Shown here in pieces: positions 15,435 through 28,082 of a stretch of DNA of 64,000 nt. Position 1 is the first letter of the stretch, and the number at the start of each line of letters is the position of its first letter. A model generated the notes under the pieces. It searched no databases. It was not told the DNA's origin and worked only from the letters and a program-made list of their open reading frames with translations. The DNA comes from Macrostomum lignano. Its lineage: Eukaryota. Made by a program: the position numbers and the translations under genes. The stretch spans positions 89,285-153,284 of the forward strand of contig NIVC01002230.1 of the NCBI GenBank assembly GCA_002269645.1. The letters are read 5' to 3'.

Positions 15435-16530
15435 GGGTCGCCATCACAAGCTCGAAAAATCACATCGTCGAAACAGGGCTCCATCACAAGCTCGAAAAAT
15501 CACATCGTCGAAACAGGGCTCCATCACAAGCTCGAAAAATCACATCGTCGAAACAGGGCTCCATCACAAGCTCGAAAAATCACATCGTCGAAACAGGGCT
15601 CCATCACAAGCTCGAAAAGTCATAAGCTCGAAAAGTCACATCGTCGAAAACTGATTTAGCAACCACCATCACAAGCTCGAAAAATCACATCGTCGAAAAC
15701 TGATTTAGCAGCCGACATCACAAGCTCGAAAAGTCATAAGCTCGAAAAATCATATCGTCGAAGAGTTTAGCAACCACCATCACAAGCTTGAAAAATCACA
15801 TCGTCAAAAAGTTTAGCAAACATCATCACAAGCTCGAAAAGGCACAAGCTCTAACCCTAACCCTAACCCCAAAGCACTAACCCTAACCCTAAGGCACCAG
15901 TACCCTAGCCTAACCCTAAACCATAACCCTAACCCCAACCCTAACCTAACCCTAAACCCTAACCCTAAGGCACAAGTTCAACCCCAACCCTAAACTTAAC
16001 CCTAAGCCCTAACCCTAAGGCACAAGCTCTAACCCTAACCCTATTCAAGCTTGTGATGGTGGTTGCTAACCTTTTCGACGATGTGACTTTTCGAGCTTAT
16101 GATGGTGGTTGCTAGACTTTTCGACGATATGATTTTTCGAGCTTATGACTTTTCGAGCTTGTGATGGTGGTTGCTAAACTTTTCGACGATGTGATTTTTC
16201 GAGCTTATGACTTTTCGAGCTTGTGATGGTGGCTGCTAAATCAGTTTTCGACGATGTGATTTTTCGAGCTTGTGAGTTTTCGAGCTTGTGATGGTGGTTG
16301 CTAAACTTTTCGATGATATGATTTTTCGAGCTTGTGAGTTTTCGAGCTTGTGATGGTGGTTGCTAAATCAGTTTTCGACGATGTGAGTTTTCGAGCTTGA
16401 GAGTTTTCGAGCTTGTAATGGTGGTTGCTAAACTTTTCGACGATATGATTTTTCGAGCTTATGACTTTTCGAGCTTGTGACGGTAGATGCTTTTCGACGA
16501 TGTGATTTTTCGAGCTTGTGATGGGCCCCC
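15435..16530. mobile_element. Non-autonomous foldback-type DNA transposon inserted in the LTR
   Basis: 8-bp TSD GTTTTGCC (15427-15434 and 16531-16538; single copy in the intact 3' LTR). GGG termini. Long inverted arms made of CATCACAAGCTCGAAAAATCACATCGTCGAAA subrepeats. Confidence 0.9.
15850..16044. repeat. Degenerate telomere-like (CCCTAA)n tract at the centre of the foldback element
   Basis: Many CTAACC hexamers interspersed with GGCACAAG motifs. Confidence 0.85.
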
Positions 16531-16696
16531 GTTTTGCCCAGCCAGCCAGTTCGCTCTGACTCACACCTCCCTATTCTCTCAAGTATAAAGACTATGCTTA
16601 AACAAATATACACAAGATCTTTTGCTCGCTTGCTGCTTTTCAAGCTTCCACTCGCAAGCCGCTTCATTGGTGAGCCCTACGCAGCCATTTCGTGCA

Positions 16697-17393
16697 ATGG
16701 CCCAACAAACCGACTCTGCTGTGTCCCTGAAGCTGCCCACGTTTTGGGCGGCCCAGCCTCGAGCCTGGTTCATCCAGGCCGAAGCTCAGTTTACCCAGAG
16801 GCATCACTCAGTACGCCCATCTGGTCGCAGCTCTTGACCAGCAGACAGCAGAGCGCCTGCTCGATGTGCTCGAGGCTCCTCCGGAGGCGAACAAGTACTC
16901 TCAGCTAAAGGAGCGCCTCAACAGCACTTTCGATTTGACTCCTCAGCAGCGGGCCAGCCGCCTGCTCAGCATGTCCGGCCTCGGCGACCGGCGGCCTTCC
17001 GAGCTGATGGACGAGATGCTCGCCCTGCTGGGGAACCACCGCCCCTGCCTGCTGTTCGATGAGCTGTTCCGCCAGCAGCTGGCACCGGAAGTACGCATGG
17101 CCATGACAACCGTCAGTTTCGCGGACCCCCGGGCAGCAGCGCAGGAGGCAGACAAGCTCTGGGCCAGCCGGCCGCAGCTGGTGGCGGCCTCCGTCCAGCA
17201 GCCGGCGGCAGACCCAGCCCAGCAAGCCCAGCCGGCAGTCTTTGCGGCGAGCAAGGGCGCCAGACAGAGCCGGCTCCAGCAACACCGTCCGGACGACGGC
17301 CTGTGTTTCTTTCACCGTCGTTTCGGTGCGAAAGCCCGCCGCTGTGAACTCCCGTGCAGCTTCCAGGGAAACGGGCAGGCAGGCCGTCAGTGA
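16697..17393 (+). pseudogene. gag: Gag (frameshifted near 16795)
   Basis: MAQQTDSAVSLKLPTFWAAQPRAWF continues in another frame as ...LLDVLEAPPEANKYSQLK...CFFHRRFGAKARRCELPC; GGGAAAC slippery site near 17365. Confidence 0.85.
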
Positions 17394-20300
17394 ACAGCTC
17401 GACGGCCGGAAACACCAGCAGCCTGCTCCTCATCCCGGATGTGCAGACGAGCCGACGAGCTCGCCGAGGTCAGCATTTTCCCTGTCGCCGGTTTTGACGC
17501 CCGCCTGCACTCGCCAGGCCCGCCGTTTTTCGCAGCCAACGGCAGCCTCATCCGAACCTTCGGCACCCGCCAGCTCACGTTGGACCTCGGCATCCGGCGC
17601 TGCTCCTGGCCGTTCCTTCTGGCCGAGGTCTCCCGCCCGCTGATCGGCGCCGACTTTCTGCGGCACCACGGCCTGCTGGTGGACCTGCCGCACCGGCGCC
17701 TCTTGGACGCCCGCTCGCTCTCCAGCGTGCACCTGCTGGACGGCGCGGGGCCCGGACTGCAACTCGCCGCAGCCGCCGCTGCGGACCCGTACAGCCAGCT
17801 GTTGGCCGAGTTCCCCGCCCTCACCGAGCCCAGTTTCCAGCGGGCTGAGCCACGACACGGGGTGGAGCACCACGTCCCGACGCAGGGCCCGCCGGTCCAT
17901 GCCCGCCCTCGCCGCCTGCCGCCGGACAAGCTGGCGGTGGCCAAGGAGGAGTTCCGGCTCCTGGAGCAACTCGGCATCGTTCGCCGGTCCAACAGCCCTT
18001 GGTCCTCGCCGTTGCATATGGTCCCAAAAGCCTCCGGTGGCTGGCGGCCCTGAGGCGATTTCAGGCGGCTAAACGACGCCACGGTGCCCGACCGCTACCC
18101 GGTGCCGCACATCCAGGACTTCTCAGTGCGCCTAGCCGGCTGCTCGGTTTTCTCCAAGATCGACCTGGTTCGTGGCTACCACCAGGTGCCCGTGGCCGCA
18201 GCCGACGTGCCCAAGACCGCCGTCACCACCCCGTTCGGCCTCTTCGAGTTCCTGCGAATGCCATTCGGTCTCAAGAACGCCGCCCAGGCCTTCCAGCTGT
18301 GGCCGCCAGTCGGCGGTTGGTGGACTCCGTCTGCCAAGACCTGGACTTTGTCTTCGCCTACATCGACGACTTCCTGGTCGCTAGCCGCAGCCCGCAGCAG
18401 CACCTGAAGCACCTGCGGACGCTTTTCCAGCGCCTGATCGACAACGGCCTTATCGTCAACCCGGCCAAGTGCGAGTTCGGCCGCAGCGAGATCGACTTCC
18501 TCGGCCACCGGAACAGCGCCCAGGGAGCCGTGCCGCTGCCCGCCAAAGTCGACGCCATCGCCAGATTCGCACCGCCAGCCACCGTCAAGGGCCTGCAGGA
18601 GTTCGCCGGCATGGTGAATTTCTACCACCGCTTCGTGCCGCGCGCCGCCCAGCTGCTGCGCCCCATCCATGCGGCCATGGCCGGCAAGGAGAAGTTCGTC
18701 CGGTGGACGCCCGAGCTGACCGCCGCTTTCGATGGAGCGAAGCGGGCGCTGGCCTCCGCCGCCATGCTGGCGCACCCGCGGCCAGACGCGCCCATCGCCC
18801 TCACCGTCGACGCCTCCGATACCGCGGTCGGGGCAGCGCTCGAGCAGCGGGTTGGCAGCGCCTGGCAGCCGCTCGCCTTCTTCAGCCGGCAGCTGCGCCC
18901 GCCCGAGCAGAAGTACAGCGCGTTCGACCGCGAGCTGCTCGCGCTGTACCTGGCGGTGCGGCACTTCCGCTATTTCCTGGAGGGCCGCGCGTTCACCGCT
19001 TTCACGGACCACAAGCCGCTGGTCGCCGCCATGTCCAAGATGTCGGACCCGTGGTCCGCCCGACAGCAGCGCCACCTGGCCTACGTGTCCGAGTTCACCA
19101 CGGACATCCAGCACGTGCGGGCAAGGACAACTCGGTCGCAGACGCGCTGTCCCGCTGCACGGTCTCTTCCGTGCAGCCCCGGCTGCTCCATGGCGTGGAT
19201 TTCGCGTCCATGGCCCATGGTCAGGCGGACGCCAGCCTCCAACTTGAGCCGCTGCAGCTCAGCCCCGGTGTCGCCCTGCTCTGCGACATCTCCACAGGCC
19301 GGCCGCGCCCGTTGGTGCCGCCGAATTTCAGACGCCCCGTCTTCGACACCATCCACGGCCTCGCCCACCCGTCCGTCCGCAGCACGCGGCGCCTCGTGGC
19401 CGCCAAGTTCGTGTGGGCCGGCATGAACAAGGACGTTAGCCGGTGGGCCCGGTCCTGTGTCGCTTGCCAGACGGCCAAGGTGCACCGGCACGTCACCGCC
19501 CCGGTTGGCAATATCCGCGTCCCGGACCAGCGCTTCGCCCACGTGCACATCGACCTGGTGGGGCCGCTTCCGCCTTCGCAAGGTTTCACGCACTTGCTGA
19601 CAATCTTGGACCGTTTCACCCGGTGGCCGGAGGCGATCCCGATGACCGACACCTCCGCGGCCGCGTGCGCCTCCGCCTTCATCGCCCACTGGATCGCCAG
19701 GTTTGGAGTGCCAAGCGACATCACCTCGGACCGCGGCTCGCAGTTCACGTCGCTGCTGTGGTCCAACGTCTCATGGCTCCTCGGAATGCAGCTCCACCGG
19801 ACAACGGCTTTCCATCCGCAGGCGAACAGGCTGGTCGAGCGTTTCCACCGGCAGCTGAAGTCCTCCCTCATGACGCGACTGGCCGGACCAGCCTGGGTTA
19901 GCGAGCTACCCTGGGTGCTGCTCGGCATCCGGACGGCCCCCAAGGAGGACCTGCCGGCATCGTCGGCCGAGCTGGTCTACGGAGCGCCCCTCTGCGTGCC
20001 TGGCGAGTGCCTGCAGCCCAGCCCGCCGGCCGGCGACTACGAACAGTTCCTCGCCCGGCTCCGCGGCGCCGTCCAGGCATTCCGGCCGACGCCGACGTCC
20101 CGTCACGGCAGCCGCCCCACAGCTTGGCTGGCCGCCCTCGACGCCTGCCAGCTCGTTTTCGTCCGGCGCGACGGCCACCGCCCTCCGCTGCAGCGACCTT
20201 ATGACGGCCCGTTCAAGATCCTCGAGCGGGACGCCAAAGCTTCCTGCTGGACCTGGGCACTCGACGCGACCGAGTGTCAGTGGAGAGACTGAAGCCAGCC

Positions 20301-20520
20301 GTCATCGACGCGGTCGACCCGTTCCCGACGCCGGCCCTGCGACCGAGAGGCCGCCCGCCGCGGCTGCCCGCTGAGCCGCCCCCAGCGCACTCTGCCGCCG
20401 ACCCCGCCTCTTCAGCTGGCGACTTTCCGCCGGCGGCCCAACGCACTGCTGCTTTCCCCAGCCGCCAACTGCCACCCCGCCGGTGCCGTCCGAGCCCGGC
20501 AGCCTTGGCCGAATAGCTCG
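17393..20520 (+). pseudogene. pol: Pol remnant (PR, RT, RH, IN) with a stop, deletions and several frameshifts
   Basis: The protease active-site motif is missing before AEVSIFP. TGA at 18051-18053 in RPC/GDFRRLN. YIDD, TVDASD and TDHKPL motifs; integrase HVHIDLVGPLP...SDRGSQF...RPYDGPF. Confidence 0.88.
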
Positions 20521-21237
20521 GTGCTGGGGGAGCTCTGTGGCGGCCAGACTGGTGCACGGTTGAGAGCGGGGCCCGCCTGTGCACAGGCCCCTGCACGCCT
20601 GGCTGCTGGGGAGTTTTGCCCAGCCAGCCAGTTCGCTCTGACTCACACCTCCCTATTCTCTCAAGTATAAAGACTATGCTTAAACAAATATACACAAGAT
20701 CTTTTGCTCGCTTGCTGCTTTTCAAGCTTCCACTCGCAAGCCGCTTCAGTGTGAGCACTGAGTGAGCTGAGAGTGAAGGACTGTCAGAGACCGTGAATGC
20801 ATGCTTTTTAAAAGGTTCTGTGTTTCAATTTTACAATTCATATTGATGACGTGTTTATGTTTTTAATTCCCTCCGTTATTTTACCTGTTTCGCGGGGTGG
20901 GGCGAGGTAGAAATGTACTGGTTTTATTCCATGCCTTATTGGCAGTTACTGAACTTGTATCATTGAACTATGACAAATACTTTGCTGAATAATTGTATCG
21001 CTTTTAATGTACGATTGTACGTTCGCTCTCTCTATGTACATCGTTGACTCGCATATAGCCAGCACGCCTCACAGGGCCTTCGAATTGATTTTTGCACTGC
21101 CAAATACCGCGCGTTACAAAATGACAAACAATAATACTAATTGCATACTAGGCCTAAATACTATTAAAATTCACAAATCACAAAATCACAATATTCAGTT
21201 AGACAAATTGCCCCAGTCACAATATCCAACTAACACC

Positions 21238-21960
21238 CAAGGACCACTAGAAGAAGGACGGGACACTTCGTTTCTTGGAAAATTTAATAAAGGCTGATTT
21301 TCACGGAAAAAATGCAATAGAGTGATAGGAACTTTTCACTTTTTTCACTTTAAAATGGTAATAGCTTTTTATTGGAAGCAGATACAAAGCTCTTCTTTTG
21401 ATATAACTTACAAAGCATGTTGCTTCAACCGATTTTATAAAGATTTTTTTACAGTTAATTGATCTTCATATCATTTTAGTTAGGCCCTACTAGCTATATC
21501 ATGCAGCAATTATAGTTTAAAGCAACTAGTGACTAACTTGAAAATTACAATATCTTTTTAATCGAATGCATATATTTATTAGCAATATATCATTAAAAAA
21601 CAGTTGGCTATAATTATATGCCCGATTCACTGCTTGTTCATTTTAGTTTTATACTTTTCATATAAAATAAGTATTTTATGTAGCTGTACCTTAGCTACAC
21701 TAGCTATGCATATAATTATAGCCAATTATGAATATCAATTAATTGTAAAAAAATCTTTATAAAATCCGTTGAAGCAACATGTTTTGTAAGTTATATCTAA
21801 AGAAGAGCTTTGTATCTACTTCCAATAAAAAGCTATTACCATTTTAAAGTGAAAAAAGTAAAAAGTTCCTATCTCGCTAGTGCATTTTTCCATGAAAATC
21901 AGCCTTTAAAAAATTTCCAAGAAACAAAGTGTCCCATCCTTCTTCTTCTAGTGGTCCTTG
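21238..21960. mobile_element. Long-TIR MITE (P/hAT-like ends)
   Basis: About 230-bp imperfect inverted arms, CAAGGACCACTAGAAG...CTTCTAGTGGTCCTTG, flanked by CTAACACC / CTAACACT (8-bp TSD, 1 mismatch). Confidence 0.8.
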
Positions 21961-22166
21961 CTAACACTAACAGTGTTTTTGGTAGATTGGTATTGATAAT
22001 GGTAGACTTGATAGGCCTATATTAGGCCTATTGTATGTAATAATTGTTGGTTGTTGGATATATTATATTAGGTCTAGGCCTAATCAGATCTTTTCAAGAT
22101 GTTATTGAAAATATAACTGTAGATCAGCTAGGCTTAAGAAATGTTCAATATATCCTATAGATTATA

Positions 22167-22952
22167 GGCTCATTCCATATAAGCATGGTCGTAACATGAC
22201 AGGTTATTTTTACTTATAAAATGAAATCTAATAATAGAATATACTAAACCAATATTTTAAATGAAAGATTATTTTGTCTAGAATATATTTATAGAGTTTC
22301 ATATAGATATCATCATTAGTATAGATGCTATTAAACCTTAAATGACACTTATGGTCATAACGACAGGATTTTTGACATATAGAAACTAAAAGGTAAAAGT
22401 CTTATAACATTTTTCATTTTTTATATTTTGCAATACATTTTTAAAATTTGACTAAGAACATCTTTAGAAATCATACTCTTTTATTAGAATATATAAACTC
22501 AAAAGGCAACAAAGATACGAAAGAAAAGGCAGCCTTATGGTCGTAACATTATGGTCGTAACATATTTTTTTCTGTCAATTCAGTAACTTTGAGGTACTAA
22601 TACATTAAAAATATAATAGATTATTTGGTCACCAATGCTTTTATCTGATGATGCAAGTACTATACTTTTATCTATAGTTTGTTTCAACCTTCAAAAGCTT
22701 TCTATTTGTTTTTAAAAGGTACAAAATCTTAATGATGTCTTTTGCTTCGAAAAATGTCCAAATTTTTACAAAAATGACTTTTTGCCAATTGATAACATAC
22801 TAATCCAACATTTTACCATTCCTTTATTCTTAGATTGTATATATTGCACAATATAAACATTTGGTAAAAAAATAGGCTAATTAGGCAATGGCAAGCAAAA
22901 ATATTGACTTTTTTCTATTTTCCAAATATGTCCATCTTATATGGAATGAGCC
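22167..22952. mobile_element. MITE with 17-bp TIR GGCTCATTCCATATAAG and TA/TATA flanks
   Basis: Perfect TIR pair, TATA on both sides, internal ATGGTCGTAACAT repeats. Superfamily not determined. Confidence 0.75.
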
Positions 22953-23129
22953 TATAGCTAGGCCTTATTATATTATAGTACATAGTCTATATATCAGTTT
23001 TGACTATGCCCTATCCTATTGTAGGTGTCCTTTGCCTAGTTTACAAAAATAAATTTCTTTGCTATAGTATTAGGCCTAGTTAGATATTTGTCAAACATAT
23101 AGGTATTATAGCAAATAAGACACAAATTT

Positions 23130-24005
23130 CTATAGTCATAATATATAGCTTAACAAATTGCCTTAATTATAATATCTAGCTAAACAAATTGCCCTAGTCA
23201 TTATCTAGCTAGACAAATTGCCCCAACCAGCATATCCAGCTAGAAATTGTCCTAGTCACAATATCTAGTTAGAAATTGCCCCAACCAGCATATCTAGCTA
23301 GAAATTGCCCCAGTCACAATATCCAGTCAGACAAATTGCCCTAGTCACAATATCTAGTTAGAAATTGCCCCAGTCACAATATCCAATTAGACAAATTGCC
23401 CAGTCACAATATCCAGTTAGACAAATTGCCCCAGTCATAGTATCCAGCTAAACAAATTGCCCTCGTCACAATATCCAGCTAAACAAATTGCCCTTGTCAC
23501 AATATCTGGTTAGACAAATTGCCCCAGTCACAATATCCAGCTAGACAAATTGCCCTTGTCACAATATCTAGTTAGACAAATTGCCCCAGTCACAATATCC
23601 AGCTAGACAAATTGCCCCAGTCACAATATCCAATTAGACCAATTGCCCCAGTCACAGTATCCAGCTAAACAAATTGCCCTCGTCATAATATCCAACTAAA
23701 CAAATTGCCCTCGTCACAATATCCAGCTAAACAAATTGCCCTTGTCACAATATCTAGTTAGACAAATTGCCCAGTCACAATATCCAGTTAGACAAATTGC
23801 CCAGTCACAATATCCAGCTAGACAAATTGCCTTAGTCACAATATCCAGCTAAACAAATTGCCCTTGTCACAATATCTAGTTAGACAAATTGCCCAGTCAC
23901 AATATCCAGTTAGACAAATTGCCCAGTCACAATATTCAGCTAGACAAATTGCCTTAGTCACAATATCCAGCTAGACAAATCACTCAGTCAGAATATCCAA
24001 TTAGA
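23130..24005. repeat. Minisatellite, 31-bp unit (CACAATATCCAGCTAGACAAATTGCCCCAGT)
   Basis: Tandem array; an isolated 1.5-unit copy occurs at 21186-21235. Confidence 0.92.
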
Positions 24006-24167
24006 AAAATTCAAATTTCAATTTGTAAACATGGAGTCTACAGACTTTTGCAACTTCTGTGGTTCAGAGAGGCTTTCAATTTGGTATCTTAAGTTTGAAC
24101 TCAAGACACAGATAGCCTTATTGCAATTACAATTGTCTCAGTTTTTCCATTTGATTCAGAGTCTGCT

Positions 24168-27100
24168 ATGTCTGCTGCCAAGTCGGAGGCGCAGGCAACC
24201 AGTGGTGATTCACCTGCACCTGTGGTGATCTGTGGCGCTGGCATCATCGGGTGCTCGGTGGCCTACTACCTGGCCAAGCGGGGAGTGCGCAGCATCCTGC
24301 TGGAGCGAGTATCCATTGCTAGCGCCGCCTCTGGCAAGGCTGGCGGCTTCCTCGCCCTGGACTGGTGCAGTGGAGCGCTGAACAGCCTGGCCCGGGAGAG
24401 CTTCCGGTTGCATGAGGAACTGGCCAGCGAGCTGGGGGCCGATGTCATTGACTACCGGTGCGCTGGTGGGGCTGTGGTGCATTGCCATGGAAACTGCAGT
24501 GTGGATGGGTGCGGGGATAGAATGAATTGCTAATCTAGCCTATGATGGATATAGGAATAAAATGGATTGCTAATCTAGCCTATAATGGATATAGGAATAA
24601 AATGGATTGCTAATCTAGCCTATGATAGATGCAGGAATAGAATGGATTGCTAATCTAGCCTATCACGGATGCAGGAATAGAATGGATTGCTAATCTAGCC
24701 TATCATGGATGCAGGAATAGAAGGGATTGCTAATCTAGCCTATCATGGGTGCAGTAATAGAATGGATTGCTAATCTAGCCTATCATGGATGCAGGAATAG
24801 AATGGATTGCTAATCTAGCCTATAATGGATGCAGGAATAGAATGGATTGCTAATCTAGCCAACATCTATGAAGGAATAGAATGGATTGCTAATTTAGCCT
24901 ATCATGGGTGCAGGAATAGAATGGATTGCTAATCTAGCCAACATCAATGAAAGAATAGAATGGATTTCTAATCTAGTTAACATCAAAGAATTCCGCGTTA
25001 CCCACCTGTGCAGCCGTCTCGACACACTTTCCGTCGTGTTCGGCAACTCCAGCCAATCGCACAGCGGCGCTTCCGACCTGCCCGACTGGGTGACCGGCCG
25101 GGTGACCGAGTGCGGCCTGCTGGGCAGTCAGAGCAGCACCGCGCAGGTGCACCCGGGCAAGCTGACAGCCGCCCTGGCACGCAAAGCTGCCGAGCTGGTT
25201 GGCTCGGAGGTAAGAGAAGAACCAGCTTCATTTCGGGATAAGGTTGTGGCGCCATTCTTTTGTTAAATTGTGGCGCCATTCGCTTATTAAATTATGGCGC
25301 TCTTCTTTTATTAAATTGTGGTGCCATTATTTCATTAAATCGTGGTGCGATTCCTTCATTAGATTGTGGCGCTCTACTTTTATTAAATTGTGGCGCCATT
25401 CTTGTATTAAATTGTGGCTCCATTCATTTATTAAATTGTGGCGCCATTCTTGTATTAAATTGTGGCGCCATTCTTGTATTAAATTGTGGCGCCATTGGCT
25501 TATTAAATTGTGGCGCCATTCTCACATTAAATTGTTGCGCCATTCTTTCATTAAATTGTGGCGCTATTCTTTCAGGTTCGCATTGCCACGGTGACGGGCC
25601 TGCAGTGGTCCTCGGAGCCGGACCCGGCCACCGGCCAGTTCCGCGTCAGTCACGTGCTCGTGTCCGGCGGCCAGCCGCCCATCGCCTGCTCGGCCGTGGT
25701 GCTGGCCATGGGCCCGTGGACGGACGCCGGGCTCGCGTGGCTCAGCCAGCCAACCGGGCAGGTGCGCGGCCACCGGGCCCACTCGCTGGTGGTGCAGCCG
25801 GCAGAGCCGGTCTCGCCGCACGCCCTGTTCACCCAGATGGACGCCGGCCGGGCGTCGCCGGAGTTCTATCCGAGGCCGGACGGCACCGTCTACGTCTGCG
25901 GCTTGGGCGACGACCCGCCGCTGCCCGACTCCTCCGATTTGGTGCGTGTGTGGCGCCAGTTGCAGTTTAATCAGGAATTATTAGAATGATTAGATTGAAA
26001 TTCTTCAACGTTAAACTTCTACTTAAAGTAGATATTCTGAATATTGACAGTTTTTCAAAGTTTTTTGCTAACTAATTTTAACTGGCTGTAGTTTAAGTTT
26101 TAAGGCTCTTAACGACAACTGTCTGTGACCTGGAACTCACCTGAATTTTAACTATCAGACGCCTGAAATATAGCTATCATAAACACCTGACGCCTAGCTG
26201 TCAGACACCTGACGCCTAGCTGTTAAAAACACCTGACGCCTAGCTGTCAAAGACACCTGACACCTAGCTGTCAAAGACACCTGACGCCTAGCTGTCAAAG
26301 ACACCTGACACCTAGCTGTCAAAGACACCTGACGCCTAGCTGTCAGACACCTGACGCCTAGCTGTTAAAAACACCTGACGCCTAGCTGTCAAAGACACCT
26401 GACACCTAGCTGTCAAAGACACCTGACACCTAGCTGTCAAAGACACCTGACACCTAGCTGTCAAAGACACCTGACGCCTAGCTGTCAAAGACACCTGACG
26501 CCTAGCTGTCAAAGACACCTGACGCCTAGCTGTCAAAGACACCTGACACCTAGCTGTCAAAGACACCTGACACGTAGCTGTCAGACACCTGACAACTAGC
26601 TATCAAAGACACCTGACACGTAGCTGTCAAAGACACCTGACAACTAGCTGTCAAAGACACCTGAGACCTAGCTGTCAAAGACACCTGACAACTAGCTGTC
26701 AAAGACACCTGACACCTAGCTATCAAAGACACCTGACAACGAGCTGTCAAAGACACCTGACACGTAGCTGTCAAAGACACCTGAGACCTAGCTGCCAAAG
26801 ACACCTGAGACCTAGCTGTCAAAGACACCTGACACGTAGCTGTCAAAGACACCTGACACCTAGCTGTCAAAGACACCTGACAACTAGCTGTCAAAGACAC
26901 CTGACACCTAGCTGTCAAAGACACCTTACACCTAGCTGTCAAAGACACCTGACAACTAGCTGTCAAAGACACCTGACACCTAGCTGTCAAAGACACCTTA
27001 CACCTAGCTGTCAAAGACACCTGACAACTAGCTGTCAAAGACACCTGACACCTAGCTGTCAAAGACACCTGACACCTAGCTGTCAAAGACACCTGAGACG

Positions 27101-27415
27101 TAGCTTTCGAAATTCCCGATGTTCCCGCAGGTGAAGCCAGACGAGAAGCGCAGCGACCGCCTGTGGCGCCTGGCAGCCGCCTGCTCAGACCGGCTGGGTC
27201 GCGGGCGCCTCCTGGCCCACCAGGCCTGCTACCTGCCTCTGGCCGAGCGCGGCCTGCCACTGATCGGCCGGGCGCCCGGCAAGCACAACGCTTTTGTAGC
27301 GGCCGGACACAGCTGTTGGGGCATTCTGAACGGCCCGGCCACTGGCCGAATGCTTGCCGACCTTATTTTGGACGGTCGGTGCGGTTTTATAGACCACCGG
27401 CCGTTCGCCTTCTGA
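24168..27415 (+). CDS. FAD-dependent oxidoreductase (DAO family, TDA3-like), 4 exons
   Basis: Exons 24168-24457, 25014-25209, 25576-25941 and 27131-27415 join in frame. Rossmann motif VVICGAGIIG; ASGKAGGFLALDW; TAQVHP; YPRPDGTVY; AAGHSCWGILNGPATG. Confidence 0.92.
24524..24960. repeat. Intronic minisatellite, 40-bp unit
   Basis: AATGGATTGCTAATCTAGCCTATCATGGATGCAGGAATAG array in oxidoreductase intron 1. Confidence 0.92.
25243..25575. repeat. Intronic minisatellite, 24-bp unit (TTAAATTGTGGCGCCATTCTTGTA)
   Basis: Fills oxidoreductase intron 2 up to the acceptor AG. Confidence 0.92.
26180..27107. repeat. Intronic minisatellite, 24-bp unit (GCTGTCAAAGACACCTGACACCTA)
   Basis: Array in oxidoreductase intron 3. 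Confidence 0.95.
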
Positions 27416-27577
27416 GCATGCCGGTTTTATGTTTTTAAAGTATTTTATCGAGTTCTTCATGTACTTTTAAGCCTTAGTAGATTTTTCAGGTTAGAAATTA
27501 TTTTTTTGTAATTGTCTCTAATGCGATTTTTGCCTCTGCTTTGTGCCATTATGATATTTCTGCTTGATGTCTGCAAA

Positions 27578-28082
27578 TAAGGGGACAAACAGTCCCAGAG
27601 ATAAGGGGATAAACAGTGCCAGAGATAAGGGGACAAACAGTCCTAGAGATAAGGGGACAAACAGTCCCAGAGATAAGGGGACAAACAGTCCCAGAGATAA
27701 GGGGACAAACAGTCCCAGAGATAAGGGGACAAACAGTCCCAGAGATAAGGGGACAAACAGTCCCAGAGATAAGGGGACAAACAGTCCCAGAGATAAGGGG
27801 ACAAACAGTCCCAGAGATAAGGGGACAAACAGTCCCAGAGATAAGGGGACTAACAGGCCCAGAGATAAGGGGACAAACAGTCCCAGAGATAAGGGGACAA
27901 ACAGTCCTAGAGATAAGGGGACAAACAGTCCCAGAGATAAGGAGACAAACAGTCCCAGAGATAAGGGGACAAACAGTCCCAGAGATAAGGGGACAAACAG
28001 TCCCAGAGATAAGGGGACAAACAGTCCCAGAGATAAGGGGACAAACAGTCCCAGAGATAAGGGGACAAACAGTCCCAGAGAT
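27578..28082. repeat. Minisatellite, 24-bp unit (GGGGACAAACAGTCCCAGAGATAA), about 21 copies
   Basis: Near-perfect tandem array. Confidence 0.97.

Larger units (their letters stand above)
15346..20748 (+). mobile_element. Ty3/Gypsy LTR retrotransposon, CsRN1-like clade, with disabled ORFs and a split 5' LTR
   Basis: 4-bp TSD GTGT. 3' LTR 20536-20748. The 5' LTR is 15346-15434 plus 16531-16666, interrupted by an insertion. PBS TGGTGAGCC; polypurine tract TGGGGGAG. Gag has VSLKLPTFW and CFFHRRFG..C..PC (CHCC type); pol has YIDD. Confidence 0.95.

Noticed and set aside
15850-16044. True telomere or chromosome fusion site
   Set aside because: The tract is short, degenerate, single-orientation and enclosed in a TSD-flanked element.
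18297-18313. 17-nt insertion in RT resembling the element's own LTR start (CTGTGGCCGCCAG versus CTGTGGCGGCCAG)
   Set aside because: Too short and GC-rich to distinguish from chance.
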